Program-made: the position numbers and the translations under genes
In this document: in pieces, positions 10,582-21,516 of the stretch
Position numbering within the stretch: the stretch's first letter is position 1
Layout: every line of letters begins with the position of its first letter
From: a virus
Taxonomy: Duplodnaviria > Caudoviricetes
Reading direction: 5' to 3' (one strand)
Length of the DNA: 64,000 nt
Virus record (IMG/VR): IMGVR_UViG_3300006133_000325
The notes under the pieces: model-generated
Database searches by the model: none
Told to the model about the DNA's origin: nothing
What the model saw: only the letters and a program-made list of their open reading frames with translations

Positions 10582-11091
10582 ATGGATACAATAACAGAAT
10601 TAACAAAACTAGACTTTTCTTTTCTCTTTCTTTCCATCTTTGTTGTACTTATCGGAGTCAAAGCAATTGTTTCCATTTTTGAGTGGTTCATAGATAAATT
10701 GGGATTAGAAACAAAATGGATGAGAAAAAAAAGAGAAGATCACGAATTACTTTTAACCACTTCTAAAAATTTAATTATGTTAGAAGAACATCACAAAAAG
10801 GATATGGAAAAATCAGACAGGCTTGATAGTGAAATGCGTAATGACATAAAAAAATTAACCAATATGTTTATTGATAAAGAAATCGACGATATGCGCTGGG
10901 AAATTAACAATTTCGCTACTAAAGTAGCAGAAGGAAAGCCTTGCAATAAAGATAGCTTCTCACACTGTATACGCAGTTATGAACGTTATGAGAAACTATT
11001 AGAGGAAAACGGACTGGAAAACGGAGAAGTAGAGTTATCTATGGAGATTATCAATGAAGAATATAAACGGAAACTGAAAGAAGGATTTTAA
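10582..11091 (+). CDS. Membrane-anchored phage protein
   Basis: N-terminal TM helix followed by coiled coil; ends ENGEVE motif common beside holins. Confidence 0.6.
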   Translation: MDTITELTKLDFSFLFLSIFVVLIGVKAIVSIFEWFIDKLGLETKWMRKKREDHELLLTTSKNLIMLEEHHKKDMEKSDRLDSEMRNDIKKLTNMFIDKEIDDMRWEINNFATKVAEGKPCNKDSFSHCIRSYERYEKLLEENGLENGEVELSMEIINEEYKRKLKEGF

Positions 11092-11637
11092 ATTAGTAAA
11101 TCAATTGGAAAAACATTTGAGACAAATTGGAAAGCAAGTTGTCCCGAATGGCTATTTGTATATAGACCACCAGATGCTGCACAGTCTTTTCATATGACAG
11201 GGTATTTACGATTTAGCCAAAAAAGTCCTTGTGATTATATGATGTTTTACGGAGAAGCCGGACTGTTTTTTACATTGGAATTAAAGACATTCCTGGATTC
11301 CTGCTCTTTTGAAAGAATGGAAACCGACAATGGTATTATCCACTCCTATCAAATAGAGTCATTAAAAAAATTTCATACTTATCCAAATGTAATAAGTGGT
11401 TTTATCCTGGATTTCAGAAAATCAGATACCACTTATTTTTTATCCATTGTAGATTTTTGTAATATGATTAAAGGTATTACCAAAAAGAGTTTTACCGAAA
11501 AAGATATGCTGAACTATTGCAAACCGATAAAAATAGAAAAAAAGAAGTTAAGGGTGAACTACCGATATAACATCGAAAAATTTTTGCAGGAAGTAAAAGA
11601 GCAACAGCAGATTGCAAAACCTGCAATATCTACATAG
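11092..11637 (+). CDS. RecU-like Holliday junction resolvase (ATT start inferred)
   Basis: GKTFE...SPCDY...LELKT...HSYQIESL motifs; the GxxFE motif lies upstream of the first ATG at 11194. Confidence 0.7.
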   Translation: MSKSIGKTFETNWKASCPEWLFVYRPPDAAQSFHMTGYLRFSQKSPCDYMMFYGEAGLFFTLELKTFLDSCSFERMETDNGIIHSYQIESLKKFHTYPNVISGFILDFRKSDTTYFLSIVDFCNMIKGITKKSFTEKDMLNYCKPIKIEKKKLRVNYRYNIEKFLQEVKEQQQIAKPAIST

Positions 11638-11653
11638 CCCAATGGAGGATTTT

Positions 11654-11995
11654 ATGCTTAAAAAGATGAAAGAATATTTAGAATATAGAAAAAATAAAAG
11701 AATTGCAAAACGGGAGCTTGTAAAAGCTGCAGCAACCGTTCTGCCTGTCGTGAGAACTTTTTCAGAGAAGAAAGCAGAAAGCTTACGCTTTTTCTTTCGG
11801 CTTTTAGACAGTACAAAACAAATCGGAAGCGATACTCTTATGATAGAAGTATTGAATATTTTAGCGGATAAATTAGCGACTGACGAGTCGCGTTTATTAG
11901 AAATTCTTCAATATATGGCTTCTCTGTCAAGTGAAGATATTCAAAAAATTCTAGGGCATTCCATAATTAAAACTATGCCAGAAGAAATAAAATGA
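11654..11995 (+). CDS. Hypothetical protein
   Basis: GGAGG RBS before ATG 11654. Confidence 0.55.
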   Translation: MLKKMKEYLEYRKNKRIAKRELVKAAATVLPVVRTFSEKKAESLRFFFRLLDSTKQIGSDTLMIEVLNILADKLATDESRLLEILQYMASLSSEDIQKILGHSIIKTMPEEIK

Positions 11996-12230
11996 CAGTT
12001 TCATTTTACTAAAACAATGAGTCGATTTAACTTTTACTTAAAACTATCGCACAAATAAATAAAATCACTTTAATTTGGAGCGTAATATTTTATACTTTTA
12101 TACAGAAAATAACTTCAATATATGTTAAATATATTTTAGCTACAATATTACTTCTTGATCTTGTCTTGTTCAAAACACAACTTATTTTCGAGAATTTTTT
12201 AAAATCTTATTGAAATTATTAAGGAAAATC

Positions 12231-12259
12231 TTGCTATTCGTACCAAAATAATGTATAAT
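12231..12259 (+). promoter_or_regulatory. Sigma70-type promoter of the DAC-like moron
   Basis: TTGCTA-17 nt-TATAAT. Confidence 0.6.
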
Positions 12260-12317
12260 TTATAATAACTATGATAATTTCTATCGTAAAACTAAATACA
12301 TATATGGAGAAATATAT

Positions 12318-13316
12318 ATGATGAAAATAAATAGTTTTTATAAATATATTAGTGAATATGTTAGCAATGAAAGCAAGTCGTACAAGGAAGACTTACGCGC
12401 CAATTTGCTTCACTTTTTAAATTTTTTTCCACATTTTCCAGATATAGAACTTATTACTGATTTATCCAGAGAAAATTATGAGCGAAAAAACTGTGCTGCT
12501 ACCCTTGTATTTTTACCTTTTCAAGTTGAGGTGGGAAATAATTTAGCATCTTTTTCATTCTCAAATAAAGAAATTTGCTTTTCTAATGAGAATATACGCT
12601 TAATCAGAAAAATTTTGGAATCATTGGATAACCATCATTTTCTCCTTCTTGAATTTGACTCAAAAGAAAGCAAATATTTTATCAGATTTATATGCAAAAA
12701 ATCAAATATAAATCAATTAACCTTTGATTACTACTATATTGATATAACTGGATATTTAAAATGGAAAGCCCACTGTAAGAATTTTAGATTGCTTGGCTAT
12801 AACGAGGGAAAATTTTGTGATTTTGTCGATAATAATACTTTTTTGAAAACATTGATTTCCTCTGCGCTTTCTAAATTTCAAGAAAGCTTTTCTAAGAGTA
12901 ACAAAGAAAGTAAACAGAAGTTGAAAAAAATCCTTACCCTTATTCTCAAACAAGAACATGGAACATCTTTTATAGTTTTTAGTTCAGAACAAAATGCTAA
13001 AGACGAGACAGAGCGGTTATGTAATGCAGGACGCGGTTTTAAATCAGAAAATTTGCTATCATATAACGAATTACTCCAGTGTATTCCACAGTTTACAAAA
13101 GTTGATGGAGGGCTTATTCTTGATAAGAACTTTAACTGTTACGCATATGGAGTTATATATGATGGGTATGTGGATAATTCTTATTCTGGTTCATTAGAAC
13201 GGGGATCGCGTTATAATTCCACTAAGCTATATGTCCACACTCTAAACAATAAACATTTTACTTGTGTTGGATTTGTTTTTTCTGATGATGGCGGAATAGA
13301 GTATGTGGATGAATAA
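12318..13316 (+). CDS. DisA_N / diadenylate-cyclase-like domain protein
   Basis: C-terminal HGT...VDGGLILD...GVIYDG...RGSRYNS...SDDG, variants of the DAC DGA and RHR motifs. Confidence 0.7.
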   Translation: MMKINSFYKYISEYVSNESKSYKEDLRANLLHFLNFFPHFPDIELITDLSRENYERKNCAATLVFLPFQVEVGNNLASFSFSNKEICFSNENIRLIRKILESLDNHHFLLLEFDSKESKYFIRFICKKSNINQLTFDYYYIDITGYLKWKAHCKNFRLLGYNEGKFCDFVDNNTFLKTLISSALSKFQESFSKSNKESKQKLKKILTLILKQEHGTSFIVFSSEQNAKDETERLCNAGRGFKSENLLSYNELLQCIPQFTKVDGGLILDKNFNCYAYGVIYDGYVDNSYSGSLERGSRYNSTKLYVHTLNNKHFTCVGFVFSDDGGIEYVDE

Positions 13317-13448
13317 AACTAAAATAGTCAAATTGACCAAATTTTGTTTTTAATTTTATATTTTTTGGCAAATATTCACAGTTGACTTTTTATGAAAACC
13401 ATGATAAAATAAGAGATACTATGAATCTCTAACAAAGGAGAATTTTAA

Positions 13449-13610
13449 ATGTTACAGCCAAAATTAATTTCATCTAAACCTAAATTAGATATTCCAGTTA
13501 GTTATTTAACTGAAACAGAAACAAAACAAAAATCATGCTTTATTGACAATAATAGAGTTGATACCGTAAAAACTGCCAAAATTATTGCGGACAAAAAACA
13601 AAAAGATTGA
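13449..13610 (+). CDS. Small hypothetical protein (53 aa)
   Basis: AAGGAG RBS and promoter TTGACT-17-TAAAAT at 13382-13410; below ORF-track cutoff. Confidence 0.45.
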   Translation: MLQPKLISSKPKLDIPVSYLTETETKQKSCFIDNNRVDTVKTAKIIADKKQKD

Positions 13611-13680
13611 ATTTTAAGCCAAGCACACAAACAAGTGTCTTGGCTTAAAAATTAAAACTGATTTTATAGAGGTAGCAAAA

Positions 13681-16206
13681 ATGAAGAATTTTCTGTTAAT
13701 ATTACTAGGAAAAGGAACAAATGATTCTATTAAACGGCATACTGAAGGACTGTTCAAATCAGAATGCTACTATGATTGGATTAAATTAAAAATAATCAGT
13801 AGTTCCAAGAGTCACCCATTTAAAAATGCCGAATCTCAACTTATTGCAAGTTACAAAGAAGAAATAAAGTTAAGGCAAGAAACACTTACTGATGGGATAC
13901 ATATACAGCAAGGTATTATTGCCTTACCCGTTGATGATGAAAACGATAATGTTTATTATAATTTTTTACAAGAACTTGTTAAAACAAGCATCATTTTTAT
14001 TTCTTTTATAAATATCCCATCATGGTCACAAAACAATCCTATAATTTCAAATAGAAATCCAGATCAAATTCAGAATTTAAATGAATTGATAAAGAAAAAT
14101 ATAAGTAGCAATATAGATAAATCAATTATGAGGTTATTTTACACTTTTGACCACAACGATTTAGTATTGATTTGTAATGGAAAAAATATGGAACTAAAAA
14201 ACTATCTGGAAACACTTGAGAAAATACGTTTTAGCCATTTAACAAATGGATATTTTGCCATACATGATATTACTACTATTTATGGATATAAAAATGTTCA
14301 TAATGAAGATTTAGACAAAATAGACAACATTAGTGTTGTTGTTAGTGTTAGTGGAAAAAACATTTCTCCTAGTAATATTCAAAGTTCATTCAGACTGGAA
14401 ACTATTGGAAGATACGATCACTTATCTGGATATAAAAATATTACATGGAAACAGATTTCCGAGTTAAGCAAAGAACTCCATGGGAAAGATGTTATTGCCT
14501 CGCGAGTACATATTGGTTATGAATTACCTGATAATTTGGTAGAAGAAAAAAATAAATTATATCTTTCTAACACAATATCATCGCCTTTATATTCTATATT
14601 TAAAGAAAAATATAAAAAAGAAATTGCTTCTTTAGATTTTAGTAAATTAGTTGAAATTTATGGTAACGATAAAGAGTACGTTGATTCATTAAAACTAATG
14701 TTGAGCGAAATTGGATTTGCTATAAACATAACATTACAAAGGGGATTCTCAAAATACAACAGTGTATGTTATATAGAGCCATACTTCTCTTTTATAAGAT
14801 ATATAAAAGAGAAAATAATTGAGAAATTTATTAATGAATCAGAAAAAAATCCATATTTAAAAGATACTATTGCCAAAGATTTGGCCGAATCGTTAGTGGA
14901 TATTTCTAATTCTTTCTATAAAAGTATTTTAACACTAGATTCAAGTATTATGCACAGTGAGCGTAGATTCATTATGTCAGACCCCCATCAATTAACGCTT
15001 TTTGATATCCCACCAAAACTAATTGCATATTATACTTCTATTGCTAGTGAAATGACAACGCTATTAAACAAAGACTCGAATAACACTTATGTATTTCTTA
15101 TTACCCCTGATATTAAAAAAGATATATATGTTGAGTCAATTACTCGTAATAGAGATATAGATAATGAAATAAATATACTTGTCATACATATAAATGAAAG
15201 AAGTATTTATAATGTTGCGTATACCACTAAAATCCTTGCTCATGAAATCGCTCACCATGTTGGGCAAAATAGTGACCTTAGAAAAGAAAGAGCAAATTAT
15301 TTCATAAAGTGCTATATAGCATTATTATTAAGAAGAGGACTTGATCCAGATTTATTTTTGAATTTTAACAAGGTTGAAGAAGCAACGAATTTTATTGGAG
15401 ATCTTGTCACAAAACTTTTTGCCCTTGTAGAGAAGTCTGATTTCACCGAAAATCAAAATAACTACTTCTATATGGATGAATTAGAGAAAGAATTTCATTC
15501 ATTTATAATAAAAAATTTAAGAGAATATAATGATATAGATCTCGATATATATAAAATATTTTCAAATTGTTTTGATGATAATATCACTACCAAATATATT
15601 CGCAATTCTAAAAGATTTTTTGCGAGTGAATTTGACTTACCAAGTGATGCTATTTTAAAAAATTATGTATGGAGACAGATACTTAATTCCGTATATACTA
15701 ATCTCCAAGAATATTTTGATAATTCTGAACAAATAAATGAAGATCGAAAGGGTATTCGATTTATACTTCAAGAAGGATATGCTGACATCCAAATGATATT
15801 GCTTACTGAAAATCAAAATTTACAAGTTGAGAAAATAACAAATAATTATTCGCAGCTTTTTAAAGGTTTAGAGGGAAAATCTGATGAAATGATTCGCATA
15901 TCAGCAGTTATCAATGCTTTCTGGGAAAAAGAAAAGAGGGATTATAGTAGTATTGCAGATTTACCTTTGATTTGTAATGATTCCCTTCTTGAGCGAGCTT
16001 ATTATACATATATTTGCAAACAGGCTTCTCTATACTTTACAATAGTCAAAGAAGATCACAATAACATGACAACATTATCAAATCATGATGAACTATATGA
16101 TTATTCTAAAACTTCTTTATTTATGTCTAATGATATAAATAAAATTATACAAGAGGTAGACAATACCATAGCATCTTATGTTAAAAATATTTTAATGAAA
16201 AATTAA
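13681..16206 (+). CDS. Large HEXXH (zincin-like) protein
   Basis: LAHEIAHHVG plus downstream EGYADI third-ligand-like motif; very AT-rich. Confidence 0.6.
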   Translation: MKNFLLILLGKGTNDSIKRHTEGLFKSECYYDWIKLKIISSSKSHPFKNAESQLIASYKEEIKLRQETLTDGIHIQQGIIALPVDDENDNVYYNFLQELVKTSIIFISFINIPSWSQNNPIISNRNPDQIQNLNELIKKNISSNIDKSIMRLFYTFDHNDLVLICNGKNMELKNYLETLEKIRFSHLTNGYFAIHDITTIYGYKNVHNEDLDKIDNISVVVSVSGKNISPSNIQSSFRLETIGRYDHLSGYKNITWKQISELSKELHGKDVIASRVHIGYELPDNLVEEKNKLYLSNTISSPLYSIFKEKYKKEIASLDFSKLVEIYGNDKEYVDSLKLMLSEIGFAINITLQRGFSKYNSVCYIEPYFSFIRYIKEKIIEKFINESEKNPYLKDTIAKDLAESLVDISNSFYKSILTLDSSIMHSERRFIMSDPHQLTLFDIPPKLIAYYTSIASEMTTLLNKDSNNTYVFLITPDIKKDIYVESITRNRDIDNEINILVIHINERSIYNVAYTTKILAHEIAHHVGQNSDLRKERANYFIKCYIALLLRRGLDPDLFLNFNKVEEATNFIGDLVTKLFALVEKSDFTENQNNYFYMDELEKEFHSFIIKNLREYNDIDLDIYKIFSNCFDDNITTKYIRNSKRFFASEFDLPSDAILKNYVWRQILNSVYTNLQEYFDNSEQINEDRKGIRFILQEGYADIQMILLTENQNLQVEKITNNYSQLFKGLEGKSDEMIRISAVINAFWEKEKRDYSSIADLPLICNDSLLERAYYTYICKQASLYFTIVKEDHNNMTTLSNHDELYDYSKTSLFMSNDINKIIQEVDNTIASYVKNILMKN

Positions 16207-16264
16207 AAGGATATAGATTTTCTTGCTACTTTATTTTATATAGATTGATACATTAAACAGTAAT

Positions 16265-16324
16265 ATAGAACAATAAAACACTGGCTGAAAATAAAATAGT
16301 TCAGCCAGTGTTTTATTGTTCTAT
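16265..16324. terminator. Perfect 25-bp inverted repeat closing the moron
   Basis: ATAGAACAATAAAACACTGGCTGAA / TTCAGCCAGTGTTTTATTGTTCTAT. Confidence 0.65.
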
Positions 16325-16365
16325 GCTACGAAAATTATTTTTAACATTTGAAAGGAGACAAACAA

Positions 16366-16858
16366 TTGCCCATTAGATAAACTATTAAAAACAATCAAAA
16401 TCAGAAATCTAAGATACCCTGGTACGAATTTAACTTATGAACAAATTCTGAAAACGGAATTACATAGATTCAAAAATATTCTACAGTCTCATATTAACTC
16501 CTACTACTCTTCTTACCAACCCCATATTTATGAACGTGGGAAACACGGCGGCGATTTGCGAAAGTCGATTAAAGTAGATGAGATATGCAAATTATCCGCT
16601 AAAGACAAACTAATTACTTGCAGGGTATTGATCAACGAAAATGCAATACATGATTCTGTTGTGGCTGGAAAAAAAGCAAATGCCTTTTGGTTAATCAACG
16701 ACGGCTGGAAGGTAAAAAAGGCAGTTCCGTTTAAAGGGATTTACAGATTCGGCTATTATGAAGGCGCGCATTTCGTAGAAGATGCCATAGCGGAATTTCA
16801 AAAAACAAATCCTTATGGAATCAAAATAGAAGTGATACGTCCTTTACTGTATTATTGA
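16366..16858 (+). pseudogene. Pre-TMP tail-module gene with a +1 frameshift just after its start
   Basis: AAGGAG then TTG CCC ATT AGA TAA; the frame of ORF 16556-16858 is open back to 16370. Confidence 0.5.
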
Positions 16859-16919
16859 TACTCTTTAACGCTGGCTATTGTCAGTTTTTTTATGCAAAAA
16901 ATAAGGATGGTGATTATGT

Positions 16920-19433
16920 TTGGCAAGAAACGTTGACGGTGAAATTATTATCGGCATAGACCAGCCAAAATCCAACGCTGTGATAGAATCTGATTTAAAA
17001 TCCATTTTATCACAAATTAAAGATCTGGAAGCAAAAATCAACCAAGCGACATTAAGCAATGAGGCTATTACCTCTCTGCAAAAGCAAATTGAAGATTTAC
17101 AAACTTCTATCGAAATCTCAAATATCCATTTTAATACCAGCCAAGCTGCAAAAGCTGCACAAACTACTGGTGCCGAGATCGGACGGCAAATGTCTGATGG
17201 GATTAGTTCTGCGATTCAAAAAGGAGATTTTGAAAAAGAATTCTCTTTTAACAAAGGTGATAAAAATAAAGTCGCTAAAGTTGCAGAACAATACTTCCAA
17301 AAGATTACCGATGGCGCTGTATCTGTTCGTGAGCAGATGGATAAACTTGACAAAGCAACCGCATTGAATGGTTTTACAGTAGGTATTAAACACGCCAGCG
17401 GCGAAGTAGAGGAATTACAATATGTCCTCAAAAAAGTGTCCGAAGATGGGAAGGAAATTTTTCAATACACTGGTGGAAATATTAATGATTCTAATGTAGA
17501 AAAGCAAGCACAGAAAGTTCAAAATTCTATTGCTAAAATTGAGAGTGACATAGCGAATTTTGAAAATAATAACAGAAATATCTTATCCGGATTAAGTTCT
17601 CCATTAGAAGATTTTTATTTAAACTTAGAAAAACTAAGAAATAGAACTGGTAGCATTGATGAAGTTAAAAATTCATTTAAGAGACTAGAAACAGAAGCTT
17701 CCAATATCATGTCCAATCTAGATAATCAATTTAATAAAGTTGATACAGCGGTCAGAAATATTGAGAAAGGTCAAGACACCATTGCAGGGCTACGCGCCGA
17801 ATTCAAAGGGCTTACCAATACTCCCAAAGATATTGAATCTGAATTAAATAGGTTGTCCACTTCCCTTTCTAAGATTAAGGAAATTGAACAAACAGAAGGA
17901 CGGACAAAAAACTGGACGGTAGCCTATAAAGAATGGGAAGAACAGTTAAAATCTATCACGGAACGATTAAGAGTCCTAAAAAAAGAACAGAAAAATGCTG
18001 CTTCTACTCAGATATACCATACTGATGATTTAAAGAAGAACAACGTTCTTTACATGCAAAAGGTATTTAATACCATTGAAAAACAGATAGAGGAAATCCA
18101 ACATCTATCCAATGGACAAGGTTGGCAAAATTTCAAAGTTACCGGATTTGAAGAAGCCGATGGGCTAATTAAAAAGCTTACCCTTACTGTAACAGACGCA
18201 GAAGGTGCTATGAAAAGGCTAAATTTCCAAAGAGAGAAATTACAAGGTAGGGGTAAAGCCCAAAATGGACTTATACAGGTGGGCGATGTCCAAATTATAA
18301 AAACTGCTGCAGAAACATGTAAGGAGCTTGCACAGGAAGCACAGAAAGTCCGCTCTTCTATGGATGGTACTGGGAAAACCGATTACAATCTCCAGCTTGC
18401 AAAGATTGAAAAAGATTATCGTAATTTAGGTTTTACCCAAGAAGAAGTTAGCCAAAAAACAGAAAAACTTTCTACAGCACATAATGAATTGCGGCGGGTT
18501 ATAGACAGCACAGATTTCTCTACTGAGGTTGAGAAAAACAAAGCAATTGTCGCAGCAGATAAAGAACGTATAAAGGCACTGAACCAAGTCAGTAATGCTT
18601 ATAAGACTTTACGTCAAGATTCTGACAAATTTTATAATGAGAAAAAACAGATCAATCTCACAAACAGAATTCAAAAATGGCTTGAAACAAATACAAATGC
18701 TTCGGATAATGCCAGACAAGCTATTCAGGAATACTATAAGGAATTAAGTAGCGACCGCGTTTCTGTAGATAGACTCGATTATATTGAAAAATCTCTAAAA
18801 CGTATTAACACAGCACAGCACGGGCTTGGTAAAATAAGCAGTTTTGCAAAGCAATGGGGAAAAGAGGCAATATCACAACTAACTTCTATTGGAAGTTCTG
18901 CTCTTTCCTTTATGGAAATAGTAAACACTGCCAAAAAAGGGATTGCAACAATTACAGAATTAGATACTTCCTTGGTAGATCTAAGAAAAACCACTTCTAT
19001 GAACAGAGATGAATTAGAGGCATTTTACTATTCTTCTAATGACGTTGCAAAACAAATGGGTGTTTCTACAAAAGAAATTATTGATCAGGCTTCCTCTTGG
19101 AGCAGGCTTGGTTATTCTACTTCTGAAGCAGCTACACAAATGGCGAAAATTGCCTCTCAATTTAAACTAATCTCCCCTGGTATGTCATCTGACGAAGCAA
19201 CCTCTGGGCTTGTTAGTATCATGAAGGCTTATGATATAGATGTAGAAAATGTATTAGATGGCATTATGTCAAAAGTAAATGTTATTGGTAATAAATTTGC
19301 GCTTTCAAATGCTGATATTATCGCCATGCTACAGGATTCTGTTTCTGCAATGAAGGAAGCAAACAATTCATTGGAAGAAACAATTGCTTTAGAAACAGCA
19401 GCTTATGAAATCGCACAAGATAGAAGTGTCGGT
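16920..19433 (+). CDS. Tape measure protein, exon 1
   Basis: Coiled-coil protein ending in the TMP core (ELDTSLVDLRKTT...WSRLGYS...GNKFALS) that breaks at QDRSVG. Confidence 0.85.
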
Positions 19434-19613
19434 AAATTATATCCATTGCCGACTAGCATAGTAATATGTTATTAATAAAAGTAGCTATATCGGTTAAAAT
19501 CCAGAGATGGACAAGACCGAGGAAAGACTAATTTTAGATTTTTTATGAAAAAGTATGGATTTATCTTCGATTGTAGTGTATAATATTGGCATTACAACTG
19601 AAGGGGTGAATTT

Positions 19614-20042
19614 GTGGAACTAGATGTAAGTCTATTTAATGAAACTATCAAAGTTCAATCTATTGGACGTTTCAGTCCAAAAGTGATCGAATTTATATTA
19701 AGTAAAAAAACAAGTTTTACTAATAGAATATCCTCAGATAATGATATCTTGTTTTGGGCTGCACGTGTAAAACATACAGAACGCCATCGAAAAGATTTTG
19801 CTAGTGATGACGAATTTGAACAATGTTTAAAAGAAATACCTTTGATTATTCAAAACCCTGATTATATTAGTATACACCCTACCGATGAGAGTATTTCTTT
19901 TATTAAAAAATATACGAAACATGTATCTGTTGCCATTAAGATATCTATTGATGGAAAAATGGTGTATAGAACGATGTATCCTTTGCGTGAAGAACAATTA
20001 AATGAATATATAGCAAATGGACGGGCTTGGAAATATACTTGA
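19614..20042 (+). CDS. Intron-encoded PBECR2/PBECR3-like nuclease (BECR fold)
   Basis: KHTERH...IPLIIQNPDYISIHP...ISFIK...VAIK...TMYP pattern; own promoter TGGATT-17-TATAAT at 19556-19584 and RBS. Confidence 0.6.
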   Translation: MELDVSLFNETIKVQSIGRFSPKVIEFILSKKTSFTNRISSDNDILFWAARVKHTERHRKDFASDDEFEQCLKEIPLIIQNPDYISIHPTDESISFIKKYTKHVSVAIKISIDGKMVYRTMYPLREEQLNEYIANGRAWKYT

Positions 20043-20074
20043 CAAATTCCTTCTTATGTTGTAATATAATTATA

Positions 20075-20200
20075 GATGAAAGACATATACTATGAAAGAG
20101 AAGATGTAAATAAGGACGGAACAGGCAGCCGTCACTCCACTTTTGTGGACTTAAAGAGATACTGGAGTGCCACCCAGTTATTTACATTCTTCTCTTTTTT
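20075..20200 (+). ncRNA. Putative small structured RNA downstream of the PBECR gene
   Basis: TTGACA-17-TAATAT at 20039-20067; long closing stem, three internal arms, U-tract end. Confidence 0.6.
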
Positions 20201-20477
20201 TATTGTTTTTTATATCGAAGCAACGAAAATGTCTATAATAAAAATATTTTTTGCAAAATTCTTTATTAAATCTAATATTAGAATCCGTAGAGACTGTAAT
20301 ACTACATATGGTAACATTTGTGGTTCCGCTACTCTCCTATTTTTATAGGATGAAGATCCAGTCCGAACTTACAATATAATTGAAATATAAAATGTAAGAA
20401 CATGCCAGAAATGACATGTCGCCATATTACAAATATGGTCAGTACCTATTTGCTAGGGAAAGTAACAGATTTTTTTG

Positions 20478-21029
20478 AATGGATTTAAAACAGTTGCTCT
20501 AAGACTAAGAGGACTTAATGAAGAAACAGAAGAAGTTGACGAATCTCTAAAAACTATTAAAGGAGATTTGTATGAACTTACTGGTGTTTCTATTATGGCA
20601 GATGAAAACACTTATAAAAGTACATACCAAATTTTAAAAGAGATGAGTGAAGTTTGGGGTGTTCTTACAGATAAAACAAAAGCAGAAGCTTTAGAGCTAA
20701 TGTTTGGAAAGCTTCGTGCAAATATTGGAGCTTCTGTATTAAAAAATTTCTCTGCTGCAGAAAAAGCTATGAATGATATGGCGAACAGTGCTGGTAGTGC
20801 CGATGCCGAAATGTCTATCGCCATGGATTCTATTGAATATAAAATAAATTCCTTAAAAGAAACTGGAACAGGTATTGCTCAGAATATTTTCAATAGAGAT
20901 GATATGAAATCAGTAATTGATATCTTTGGAAGTTTTGCAAATGCAATTGATACAATTACTGACAAACTTGGATTTTTCGGTACTATTGGTGCAGGTATCG
21001 GTACTTTTACTATATTAAAGAACTTAGGT
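20478..21029 (+). CDS. Tape measure protein, exon 2
   Basis: NGFKTVALRLRG...KSTYQILKE...AGSADAE continues the TMP core; no good RBS before the apparent TTG. Confidence 0.85.
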
Positions 21030-21516
21030 AGGGGAAAAAGGTATCCCCTTATATCGAATATGCCTATTATAGTATTGTTCCCTGTCTAAATGACAGGTCT
21101 TATATATTATCCTTTGTGAAATACACAATTGAATTCGCAGATATGGTATCCCTCTACATTATGGATGCACCCTTTAGCAATTAAGGGGCTTGAAGGTACG
21201 TAAACCCATTACTACTCTTCTACTATGGCGACATAGTAGAATTGTGACAATGTAATGGCTCGTACTACGAGCAGATGACAGCGTACAATATGTACAAAAA
21301 CCTTATTAAAGGTGAAATCTCATTTCTATGAGTGCTAATCTCAACGACTACCAGGGCGAGTGGTATCCGGTGAAACTCCTGATACTGCAAGGAATAGTCT
21401 AGACTTTGCCGAATGTAACGGTTAGTAATTGCTGTTAGGAACTCATCTCCTACGTTTACAGTTTGTGGAACCCTTGTTGTCAGGGTGGATGAGATGACAA
21501 CTAAATTATATTATAA

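Larger units (their letters stand above)
19434..20477 (+). ncRNA. Group I intron 1 in the TMP gene (1044 nt)
   Basis: P1 GTCGGT/GCCGAC with U.G at the splice site; P10 ATCCATT/AATGGAT; P3 AGTAGC/GCTACT; P7 GACTG 20292 / CAGTC 20359; terminal G 20477; in-frame ligation VG|NGFKTVALRLRG. Confidence 0.92.

Noticed and set aside
13611-13655. Stop-codon readthrough or alternative genetic code after TGA 13608
   Set aside because: Only 14 further codons, and TGA, TAA and TAG all end genes normally elsewhere
19614-20042. Homing endonuclease
   Set aside because: No LAGLIDADG, HNH or GIY-YIG motif visible
20095-20195. Genuine tRNA gene
   Set aside because: No TTC T-loop, 4-nt middle loop, over-long closing stem, no CCA end
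20076-20348. 90-aa ORF in the track
   Set aside because: No RBS; overlaps the structured RNA and intron P6/P7 elements; low-complexity translation
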